From NCBI RefSeq assembly GCF_001194135.2, contig NC_068985.1:50943397-50992876 (forward strand): a stretch of DNA of 49,480 nt, read 5' to 3'. Below are positions 37,959 through 49,480 of the stretch, in pieces. The notes beneath the pieces were generated by a model, which saw only the letters and a program-made list of their open reading frames with translations, was not told where the DNA came from and ran no database searches. The DNA is from Octopus bimaculoides (taxonomy: Eukaryota). Position 1 is the stretch's first letter. The number at the start of each line of letters is the position of its first letter. A program made the translations under genes and the position numbers.

Positions 37959-40821
37959 TATGTTTATATATACATTCACATACACACACAATGGCATGTA
38001 TTGTGCATACATACAAGTATATGCATGCACATATAAAAACACCCATGTTTCATGCACCTCTTATTTCTGATTGCTTTCAGATAAAATTCAAAATAATAGT
38101 TACAAAATTCAGATTTTGCAACTAACAACCCTATTGAGAAACTAGCTACAAGTTATATATATATATACACACACACATCATTGTCCAGATTCAACAGAAG
38201 ATATTTAATTCTCTTCTTTGGTTTCTGGACAAAATCAGCCAAAAATTGCTGATAATTGTAAGAGATTTGTTTGATGAAAACATAGCCAGTGAATATCAAG
38301 TATAGGGAGGCTGCTTTTTAAAACTCTAAGGAAGAATGCCAACATTCCTTGTGTTGGAAGGAATACAACTTCATGATTATTTTTTTTAAGCATTGCTACC
38401 TATGCAAAAGGAGTAAATGGTATATATTTAATATTAATATTTATAGTGCTGGTTTTATATTATATATAACATCTAAATGAATATTGATCTTAAATAAATT
38501 AAAAGAAAAACTTACTCTTCCTAACGACAGTCCACAAGTAAGTTGGTAAATCATTGGGTGTGTGTGTGTGTGCATGCACCTGTGCGCACACACTTGTGTG
38601 CACACATGCATGTGTTTGTGTATAATGCCACAATTGTCTGTTTATATGTTTCTGTGTAACATTTCCAGCACAACTATCCCTTATCACCTTATTTGGCAAG
38701 TGAAGCAAGACATCATATTTGGTGTCAAAAAATCATTTGTTCATAAATATTTTTAACAAGTTATTTTTTCCCCTTTTCAAAAACTCAGAACAAAAAGATA
38801 TAATAATTGAAATATAAAAATAATTGAAAAATTATTGCACTCAATCTTCCTCTCTAACTTGGACATTTTTCACACAGTACTAAAAGCAAAGTGCAAATTA
38901 AACTGTTGAGAAAAAGAGAAGAATCAAGGGAAACTTTTAATTTTATAACAGTAAGAGAAAATCATCAAAAAAAGAATGTTTGCAAAAGCCATCATTTGCT
39001 TCTGATACCAGTACATCAGGAATAGTATAAAATATAGGTAGAAATTGTTGATTAGGTTTTACATACAATTTGAACAATGCTTCATAGAATTCAAAGTTTT
39101 TCACTCATCATCTAATTAAGAAATATTCATCAATTCAAACATCAAAGTTTTCAGATTAAGAGCAAGACTATAACAATCACGACCAAAGGATATCATAGAT
39201 ATTTTCTTATTCTTTCAAAATGTTTTTTCTTTAATAAAACTAAAACTATATTTATTTCAAATAGGTTTTTACAACCCCTAATTGTATCTTGATTGTATAA
39301 ACCATTTTTAGCCTTCTGTTTCCTTTTTGCGCAAATTGTTTTAAGATTCCTTTTCTCATGTCCACACATTTTGCTTTGTTTTTGTCTTTTTTGCTGAATT
39401 TGACAAAATATTTTAGAAGTAAATAAAAGGTCTTAAAAATTTATATCCCAAAATCTAAGGTGGAAAAACCAAACAAATTTTCTTAAGAAAAACAATTGGA
39501 CAAGATTCATAAACTGTCTTTAATTATCTTTCATAAATGATATTCATAGTTTAATTTGAGTGAATAAATTCAACTCCATTCTTAGAAAAGGTATACTAAA
39601 GGAATTGTATATAAGAAGTGTGATGATCTAAGGTAAGGAAATGTGACTTGCAAATATGGAAGATCTGATGCAATTAGAATGGAATACATAGATTATAATC
39701 AGTCAGGATATGTGATATTAACTTAGAATTGAGAAAATGACTCAGTACTGAAGAAATTTATTAATTTAAACATGAGACATAGCTACACTATTATGGACAT
39801 ATGTGAATTTTATGAAACTAGTAAGGTGAAAAAGATTCATGAAGTGACAATTAAAGGTAGCCATGACAAAAACAGCCCAAGAAACACTTAGGGCAAATGA
39901 AATACATCATATCTGAGAATGGTAAGAACTCTCAGGCAAGATGGCAATTCTAATTTCAAGCAGAAGTCATTTCAATACACTTCCATCATTCTCACAGGAA
40001 AGGCATAAATGTAACATCATATTTGCTCCTTTTTAAAGCATAACTTCATAAATCTAGTCAATAAGAATAACATATTAATATAATATTTGGTTATTTTTAG
40101 CCCTCCATAATCAATTTTTAATTTTCTATGGTGAAGTTAATTGTAGATCTTGCCAAAACTGTATTTATCTTGTTTAATATATGATCTGTATCAAGTGTGG
40201 GGAGAAGGGAGATAAAACGAGTTTGCAAAGTAAAAACTTACAATTTGCTAAACTGTTAAGCTACTTATTCCTTTTGATACCAATCCAAGCTGCATGGGAT
40301 CACCTCTAGTTCTATGATATATATATATATATATATATATACCCTACTTGTTTTGAAGAGTTTCTATTAAAATTAAAACATTCCACCATTTTAACTTAAT
40401 TGGAACAGATAAGTGGTGTATTTTGTTAAGAACATGGTCATGAAAGATATTTAAACTGATAAAGTTTCAATGCCTTGATGACTGCTTTTGGTTTCCTTAA
40501 ACAACTTTTAATCCACTAAGTATAAAAGAATTACATAAACATTTGGTAAAAGATAATCAGCTTTCTTTCATTTTTTTTTCAAATGCTAATAAGCATTATT
40601 ATTTTCTAAATTTTCCTAAGACACAAGTATTTAAAAAAAATTTATTTAAAACACACTCCTGTCAATGGCTGTCCACCATTCAAGGGATCTTTTCATTTTT
40701 TAACCTAATATACTATGAGTTATTATTCAAAGCTACATTTGCATTTGAAGTACTTCATAAAAAAGACTTCTTTTCATATTTCTTGATGTTTTTAAATAAC
40801 AATCTATAATGTAAACATCAT

Positions 40822-40825
<4 letters not shown>

Positions 40826-40884
<59 letters not shown>

Positions 40885-41590
40885 NNNNNNNNNNNNNNNN
40901 NNNNNNNNNNNNNNNNNNNNNNNNNNNNNNNNNNNNNNNNNNNNNNNNNNNNNNNNNNNNNNNNNNNNNNNNNNNNNNNNNNNNNNNNNNNNNNNNNNNN
41001 NNNNNNNNNNNNNNNNNNNNNNNNNNNNNNNNNNNNNNNNNNNNNNNNNNNNNNNNNNNNNNNNNNNNNNNNNNNNNNNNNNNNNNNNNNNNNNNNNNNN
41101 NNNNNNNNNNNNNNNNNNNNNNNNNNNNNNNNNNNNNNNNNNNNNNNNNNNNNNNNNNNNNNNNNNNNNNNNNNNNNNNNNNNNNNNNNNNNNNNNNNNN
41201 NNNNNNNNNNNNNNNNNNNNNNNNNNNNNNNNNNNNNNNNNNNNNNNNNNNNNNNNNNNNNNNNNNNNNNNNNNNNNNNNNNNNNNNNNNNNNNNNNNNN
41301 NNNNNNNNNNNNNNNNNNNNNNNNNNNNNNNNNNNNNNNNNNNNNNNNNNNNNNNNNNNNNNNNNNNNNNNNNNNNNNNNNNNNNNNNNNNNNNNNNNNN
41401 NNNNNNNNNNNNNNNNNNNNNNNNNNNNNNNNNNNNNNNNNNNNNNNNNNNNNNNNNNNNNNNNNNNNNNNNNNNNNNNNNNNNNNNNNNNNNNNNNNNN
41501 NNNNNNNNNNNNNNNNNNNNNNNNNNNNNNNNNNNNNNNNNNNNNNNNNNNNNNNNNNNNNNNNNNNNNNNNNNNNNNNNNNNNNNNNNN

Positions 41591-41638
<48 letters not shown>
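40826..41638. repeat. (CA)n, assembly gap (40885-41590), then (GA)n
   Basis: Direct reading. Confidence 0.95.
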
Positions 41639-41639
<1 letters not shown>

Positions 41640-43797
41640 AATGTGGGTGCACAAAACAGTATTGATTGAAATATGTGTGTAGATACTTAACATGTTCATG
41701 CATACTTGGATGTAGAAAGACCTTCACTGTAGAAATTGTTTCAGGAGAAAACACATCACTGGGTTAACTCTGATACCATTCAGAGTCCTGTAATATGTTT
41801 TAACCCACATTGTCTATAAGGAGAATTTTTCTCCCGAGAGAATTTTCACAACAAAATCTTTCCACATCCATGTGTACATGAAAGAGTTAAATATAACTGT
41901 ACACATGCACACACACACACACATACACACACACATACACACACACAAATTTAATGGTACTTGAATCATTACAAATTTTTATTAAGAGTTTCTTGTTGAT
42001 TTTCAGAAGATCACCAACAAAACTCAGAGTAATGAATTGTGAAAATTCAGTTTTCGTTTTCTTCAAATAATTTATAACCCACTCATATTATTGAATACTC
42101 TTTTTCTATCCTTTATATATTCATACAAACACACGCACAATTTCATCATTAGTGTTAAGTGTAAGAAATAAGAAATATGTACTAAGTAAACAACTTAGTA
42201 TAGTAGGTAATATAGCTGGCAATCAATCACAAATTCTCCAGTTTCAATTTCAGCATTTCTCCACAACTACAGAATTATCATTAATCAACATGGAGTAAAA
42301 CGTTAAATAAAATTGTCAACTGAATATCTCACTATATCTTCAATGTAAGTACATCCATACAATCATTTCGTGTCATATCAAAACAATAAAGTATCTCAAT
42401 TTTTCCACTCATGAACCTGTATAGCTGGCTTTATTTGGCGCCGGTTTCATGGCCCTTAGGAAGATGAAGATAAATTACCCTTTGGAAAGGGCATCTGTCT
42501 ATTCCCAGACACTCTGGTAGCTACTCCAGACAGAATTAAGTCTTCTTCCTAGGGGATCATCAAAGCACATGAAGATTTTAACATAAAAAATTATGAGTTA
42601 GAATCCACTCATAAAACCCACCTCTAGCATTAAAATCTTTCTGATTTTAATCAGTTTTTTAAAAAATATTTTTAAAAAATTTTTCTTCATAATAATTTTA
42701 ACAAGAATTAGATTTTGCTAATATTACAACAATTTTTCAAATTTGTTTCCATCAATGTTTCCATTAAAAAAAAAAGGTCAATACAACTGATAAACAAAAC
42801 TTTAAAGATTATCAAAATATAATTAACTCAACATTTTTGTATTAGATAAACATAACAATTATTAATCAAATAGTTCAGCACATTAAAAAAAAAAACCTTT
42901 AAATTAAATTCAGGATATAAATATTTACAAAACTGTTACAAGTGTTCTGTTCTAAAATTTCCATCTAAAAGTTAATTCCATTTTTGCAAAGAAAGGCTTA
43001 TATATTCATTACTTTATCAGAAATATCATTAATATTACTATATTAGTAGTCAATCATGTACAAGAAGTATATGTTGGTATAGTTTATAAAGCTTGAAATT
43101 ACTTCCAGAAAGTAGCAAAGGTTGTAGATACAATATCTTGTGAGTGACCAGATGTCTATTAATTATGTATTATTATTATAAGCAGTAGAGAGAGAGAGAC
43201 CTCCCTATTAGTTCCACATTGTACTTTATTCTAGAATGTACTTTTTCTCAAGTAACTAGGTGGATGCTATTACATATTTTTTTCAGTGGTGTAAGAATAA
43301 AAGCATGGAAGAATTGCTTTCAAGTTATAATTCATCTGGTTCTCTTTAACATATATTTTCAGATTAACAATTAATACTGGCAAGCTTTTCAAGATGTATA
43401 AAAAAGACAAAAAGAAAAGACTTCCTAACTTATATTATGTTGACAAGTAATTCATGTAGGTCTCAGCTTTGAATACACTTTCAAAAAAAAGTAAAAATGA
43501 AGGTAAATAAAGTAATTGTTTCAAGTTCATTTGAAAATGTAAATCATGAATAAACCCAATGTAAAACTTAATTTTCATGATAAAAATGTAACCTCTATAT
43601 TTTTAGATGGCTCACAGTCCTTTTTACTCGTCATCCAAAAGGATTTTTGCAATCCAGAGAAGTGATATTTTCTTTGTTTTGTAATGGCAAGATTTAAATT
43701 CTGAGAGCTGTTAGCCTAATTCTTATATATATATATATTACAGAGATGTACTCGCATAGTAAGTAACTTGATCTGAGATCGTGTGCTGAAACAAAAA

Positions 43798-44062
43798 CAA
43801 TTGCAGCATGGAAGATGATGTTTATAAGCCATTTAAGATCACACAATAACTGCTAGATTCACTTCAACATTTAATTTGTGTCAAAATATTTTCGTTGCTT
43901 TGAAACCACGACCAGTTCACTGACAAAACTTCATGCAGCACAAAGTTTTGTCAGTGAACAGGTCGCGACAAAAATATTTTGACACAAAATTTAAATGTTG
44001 AAGTGAATCTAACAGTTTTTGTGTTCTTAAATGGCTTATAAACATCTTCCACACTGCAATTG
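43798..44062. mobile_element. Foldback MITE with arms of about 125 bp
   Basis: CAATTGCAG...GTTCACTGACAAAACTT / AAGTTTTGTCAGTGAAC...CTGCAATTG around a short loop; right side ends in (TA)n and the gap at 44092-44146. Confidence 0.8.
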
Positions 44063-47000
44063 TATGTGTGTATATATATATATATATATATNNNNNNNNN
44101 NNNNNNNNNNNNNNNNNNNNNNNNNNNNNNNNNNNNNNNNNNNNNNATATAATAAAATAAAATTAAGTGATTTGCTACAGATCTCATCTACTCTATGTAG
44201 ATTTGTCTGAAAACAGAGCATACCAACTAGTTAAACATCAACTCACAACCCATGAGCAAACAAGAACACTGCCTTATTGACATGTCCATTTCAACTCCAC
44301 AATTAAAATATTTGCTATACTGTAAAGAAGTATAGAAAAATATAGGCAAAAAAATAAATCAAAGTATGTTTTCATGTCATATTCCAGTAGCAAATAATTC
44401 TAATTTACATAGAGTATGACACTATAAAAGAAAAGATAGATAGTACTAAGACTTGCTTTGAATATATTTTCTTCGGTGAGAGTTTTCTATAGAAAAGTAC
44501 ACAATATTCAATAATTTTTAGAGAATGATTATTATTAATTCATTACTAAAAAAGACTTCATTTAATGTTTTTACATTTATTTTCTCACCTTGACATAGTT
44601 TAACTACTGCCAATATTTCAAATAATTTAAAAACTCTTTCAAACTCCAATTACACAATACAAAGTGCTTTATTTTCTTTTTCAGTAATTTAACTAAAACA
44701 GTAGGTTTTGATTTAGAAGGAAATACAATGCTTATGATAGATATTAGAACTATGAGCAATAAGCCAATAACCTAAATTTTTAAAAATTCAGACATGCATC
44801 TCACTAATTAGTTTTTATACGATAGCTTGTATTATATATTCCATGAATAATATTTAATTTATTATACAACACAGTATTCATCTACAAAATCCTACATACT
44901 TCTAGTCATCTAAGAATGATAAGATCTGCAGTAACAGTTAGACTTATGCTTCACTGAGAAGGTCCAATAAGACCAAAATATGTCCGGAGTTACCACTGTA
45001 CTGCTAAAGATCAAACTCACTCCCCACTGCATCTATATTTAGTCAAAATTTTGTGGGTTATCTCCCTTGTCCTTTTGACTAGAGTTCATCATTTAGAAAA
45101 TGATTGTTCTCTTTACTAAAGGATGTAATTACAATTAATTAAAATTTTTTGGCTTATAACATGAAATATGTCAGCACTCATTTTACTTATAATACCCATT
45201 ATGATACATGACTCAGTAGAGATGGAGACATGTGAGTTACATGTCTTCAAAGACCTGAGGGTTCCACCAGAGCCAGTGCTTACCATAGGTTTCACGGAGT
45301 GCAACTAAGGTGAGAGACAATTACTTTTGTACAGGCAACCAGTCAATCACAGTTAACATTCTCAGTGATCTGGTACCTAATCCTGTTTGCTAGGTCAATT
45401 GTGGTACAGAGTATAGAGCACTTTGCCTGGAAAATTCTGAGTAAAATACCTAGAATATATGTAAGCTTCACTGAATTTGTTAAAACATGCTATCCAGTCA
45501 ATGTGAGGGTTTAGCTATAAAGCATGACAACCCTACAGCAACAATAAACATATTTTAGACTTAATTATGTTTCTATAAATAAAAGTTAAAATTTTGCATC
45601 AAGATAATTAATTATGCATCACTATGTGAACAATTTTCATGAAAAATATTAAGATTTGTTTGATCAATATAGCATTTTTATAAAAACAGAAAAAATCAGG
45701 TTGACTATCCAAAAAGGTTGTTCCATCAATATTTCTCAATGCCAGTATATAGTGTTCAATAAATATTACAAGAACAGATATCAGCCTGAAAAAGACTGCT
45801 GTCAGCTATGAAGATGAGATTATTAATTGAATTTGTTTATCTCTGAACTGTTACTTTTGCAATAATAGATGACAATTGGTCTTACTTCTCTGCATGACTT
45901 GGAAAAAAGAAGTAATGTAATTTTGCAGCAAAGTACAGAGATTTTGAAAGGACAGAATGAATCCAGATGTGAATACCATTATTTCTGTTGTCTTTTATAA
46001 GATATTAGAGTTAATATTGATTTCTAATTGAGGCACAAGACCAGCAATTTTGGCAGGAAGTGAACTGTCATTTACATCAACCCTTGACTGGAACTGTATT
46101 TTAATAATCTCAAAAGAATGAAAGACCACATCAGGGTTTGAACACAAAATGTAAAGGGTTAAAACTAAATACTACAAAGCATTTTGTCTGATACTCTAAC
46201 AATACCAATAAATCACCCTTGCTAGGTTAATAATGCAAATTAGTGACAACAGTGATTTCCTGCATTAGTACACAGTAGATATGGGGTTTAAGAATGACAT
46301 ATTTTTTTGTAGATCCTTTTGCATATAGAAAAAAGCAGGAATGCTCATTTTATGTACTGACCACTCCTGTGTAGAAATTCTGAGCGTTGTCATGAGTAAC
46401 ACTCTCCCTTTCCTCTGGGAGAAGTTAATAAAAGTTGATGACTACACACAATAAATAATTAAATAAACAAATTTAAAATATTAACTAAATAATCTTCAGC
46501 TTATTCCTAGGATAAGTAAGGGATACATTTGCGTGTAAATATATACATGTGTGCAAGTGTATTTTTACATACACACACACATACACTGTTCATTCATTTC
46601 ATTTAACACTTTTCCAGACTAGCATCACTTAAATAGAAATACTGAGATATGATTTTTATGTTTGGTGCACTTCTTGTAAACAACTGTTACCTGATTTTCA
46701 AGTAAGAGATTTTGATTCCAGAGGAATTTGAAGGCAGAGATAACCAATATTTTTGTTGAAAGAAACATCAACAAACTCCATGAGTTACAGTGCAACCACA
46801 AATGACGATATCTCTGTTTGTCACCATTCATACACTCACAAATAAAACAAACTTCTTGTAGTTTCTGTCTATCAAATTCCCTCATAAGGTATTGGTTCCC
46901 CTTGGGCTATAGTAGAAGACACTTCCTCAAGGTGTCGCATAGTGGGACCGAATCCAAAGCCACATGGTTGAGAAGTGAACATGTGTGTGTGTCTGTGTGT

Positions 47001-47514
47001 GTATATAGGTAGGTATGTAGGTAGGTATTATAGATACAAGCATGTTTCAGTTTATATATGTACCTAATTTATAGAAAAAAAACCCCCACATATTGACATA
47101 AAAATGGCTTTCTCCCGCGAAAGAGATTCAAATGAATGACCAGAAATGAACGTATTTTAAAAATATAATAATAAAAAAAGGACAGTATAAAAGGAATTGA
47201 AATGCAATTAATTTGTAATAAAAGAAAAATTTTAAATTAATTCCAATAAAAGAAAATTGGGTTAACTTTTCATTTCATATTATGAAATAAAAATATAAGA
47301 ATCATAAATTAATAAACCTAAATAAAACAGTAATATAACTCTTAGGTTTCTTTTCTTAAATACAAAAAAAAAAAAAAAAACTATGACCCAAACTTCATAT
47401 CAATAATGAACAAAATACTTTTTCAAGGGTCCCCTGTGCATAGTTTTACCTCACTTTTCATTGATTTTATGTAATTTTTAACCAATAAATTTGTGAGAAA
47501 AGAATAAACCCAGT

Positions 47515-47770
47515 TTATTTCAAATTCTGTATTTTAAAAACCCAAGCCCATTGGCAGGGTAACTGGTGAGGATAGACTTTTGGTATTTCAATGATTATAT
47601 TATTTCCGGATACTGTCCACTTAATATCTCCTTCTTGATATCCAAGCCAAGTAACTAATGTGTCTTGAGACGGTTTTGGAACTCCAAGCTCAAGAGAGCC
47701 AGAATAGGGTAGTTCAAGAACAATTGCATAAACTATAGGATTACCATTTCCATTTGATTTCGATGTATAC
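47515..47770 (-). CDS. FUCA: Alpha-L-fucosidase (GH29, FUCA1/FUCA2-like) last coding exon
   Basis: (W)YTSKSNGNGNPIVYAIVLELPYSGSLELGVPK...LLG-like WLGY...IKW...LPCQWAWVFKIQNLK* matches the FUCA C-terminal domain; TTTTAAG acceptor, phase 2; upstream exons not found in window. Confidence 0.92.
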
Positions 47771-47944
47771 CTTAAAATATATTTAAAAAAAGGAATAAAA
47801 ACCATAAAATCAATTTTAAAGAATGTGCGCATGAACTTTATATTATATACATGTGTATGTACATTATATATATACATACATATATATATACATATACATA
47901 TATATATATATAAAGACACACACACACACATACACATGTTTTTA

Positions 47945-48772
47945 CAGGGTAAGTGAAAAAACTGTTGTCTCAATTACACAAAAATGAAAATAACACTGAC
48001 ATCTCATTTTAACAGATATATTTACCAAAATTACATAGAAATATCTTGAAATACTAAAGAGGAAATTTATTCAATAAAATCACCATTGGCTTCAACCAAG
48101 GCCTCCAGATGACATTGGAATCTCCGGCAACTCTTCTGGATGGTATCCTTATGCTGCCATAATCCTTGCTTTCAGTTCACCTTTGGTGTTACAAGGAGTT
48201 TTGTTGGTCTCTCACTCAACTGTGCCCCAAATATAATAATCAAGGGGTTGCCGTCTGGGGAGTTAGGTGGCCAGAAGTTAGGGGTGATGTGGTCGCAGAA
48301 ATTGTCTGACAGCCATGACTAGGTTCTCCTGCTTGTGTGGCGTGGTGCAAAGTCCTGTTGTCAGACATAGGGTCTTCCAGCAGTCACCCTCTTGATGTAG
48401 GCCTCTGTGTTGAGTCTGAGGCTATGTGGGAAGATGAATGGAGGTATAACGTCATCATCACGAGTGATCACTCCAAACACAATGATGTTGACTGGATGTT
48501 TGATTTTTATCACTCTCAGTACACTCAATCTGTCCTCAGACTGACATCCAAACACTCTGAAATGTTCGTATGGGAGCTACCCGGAGCAAATACCAAGCAG
48601 TAAAGCATGTCCCTTCCAAATTTCTGGCAGACTAAAATGTGTCATGCTGCTGTTTTTCTCACAGACAGTGCTCAAATAACCCAACTATACCGTGTAGTCA
48701 ACACAATTCAAAACAATGCACAAGCATGAAATTATATTTGTAAAATGGTGACAATTTACCCATCGCACCCTG
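47945..48772 (-). mobile_element. Decayed maT/DD37D (Tc1/mariner superfamily) transposon in the fucosidase intron
   Basis: KHPVNIIVFGVIT...QQDFAPRH...WPPNSPDGNPLD with 37 residues between the catalytic Asps after correcting a 1-bp deletion; TA-CAGGGT ends. Confidence 0.85.
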
Positions 48773-49214
48773 TATATATATGTATACATGTGTGTGTGTA
48801 TAGGTATACATATATATACATATATATATACATGTGTGTGTATGTATATATAAATATATATATATATATAAAAGGATAAAATACATTTGCTGACTACTGA
48901 CCCATTCTTGGAGAGCTAGTCACTTTCTTTCCTAACCAGCAGAGTTGAAAAGGTCAGAATTTAGGCTATTTTTAGAATATTTACACAACATATATGAAAT
49001 ATTTTGGTTGGATTTGTATTTAGTTCAGATGGGATCTGAAATGCAGTTAATAGCACCCTGAAGAAGTGGCAATTAATACCAAAATGCACACCAAGATACA
49101 AAATTTTGCAGTGTGCATGAAATTGCAGCAGAATAATTGTAGTTTTTTTCTCTAAATTGTATATTTATATACATGTATGTATATATATATATATATAGGT
49201 TAAAAAAAAAAAAA

Positions 49215-49480
49215 AAAACAATAACAAAAAAAACAACAAAGTGGGGACGTGATACGGATAGTGTTATTAGACACTCGGGAAAGGAAAGAGAGAGAGTATG
49301 ACGTTTCGGGCGGAGCCCTTCGTCAGAAAGACGGAAAGTTCAAAGAATGGAAAAATGGAGGAAGAAAAAATCGGCACCGATGCCCACGAGGTTACATTGT
49401 GGAAGGACCAGAAGAGGAGGTGGTGGAGGAAAAGTTCTTTCTAAGACAGGAGAGTGAAAAAGGGAGGTGAATATGTGTGC
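49215..49480 (-). mobile_element. Penelope pseudo-LTR-like short element
   Basis: Reverse complement matches 5195-5395; family assignment inferred from the hammerhead motif. Confidence 0.55.
49299..49326 (-). ncRNA. Candidate minimal type-I hammerhead ribozyme core
   Basis: Minus strand reads CUGACGA-A-GGGC-UCC-GCCC-GAAAC-GUC-A; catalytic core intact but stem I weak. Confidence 0.45.

Noticed and set aside
32213-47514. Additional protein-coding gene between TYW3 and the fucosidase, such as CRYZ which neighbours TYW3 in human
   Set aside because: No recognisable coding exons found by eye; isolated splice-like sites (e.g. acceptor near 37662) gave no homologous peptide. Small exons could have been missed
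47771-47973. N-terminal part of ORF 47515-47973
   Set aside because: Intronic microsatellite sequence upstream of the acceptor at 47771

Overview
Eukaryotic, AT-rich, microsatellite- and transposon-dense genomic DNA with five assembly gaps. The repeat families (RTE LINE tails ending in (GAT)n, tRNA-derived SINEs, Penelope, Dong/R4) suggest a cephalopod such as Octopus, which is an inference. Three spliced genes lie on the minus strand. (1) NUDT21/CPSF5 (CFIm25): exons 1 and 2 with a 13.6-kb first intron; the rest lies left of the window. (2) A complete 7-exon TYW3 (201 aa, reconstructed by hand) ending about 700 bp upstream of the NUDT21 ATG. (3) The last coding exon of an alpha-L-fucosidase (GH29). 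Most other ORFs in the track are microsatellite, gap or transposon artefacts. The most interesting non-gene signals are: a 1.7-kb hAT-like foldback composite carrying six octamer motifs, four of them paired with CCAAT, 1.2-2.6 kb upstream of NUDT21; a Penelope-type minimal hammerhead ribozyme core on the sense strand of the fucosidase intron; a small inverted-repeat element enclosing TTAGGG repeats just inside NUDT21 intron 1; and several inverted repeat pairs inside or around exons that could form dsRNA. All coordinates were read by eye and repeat boundaries are approximate.
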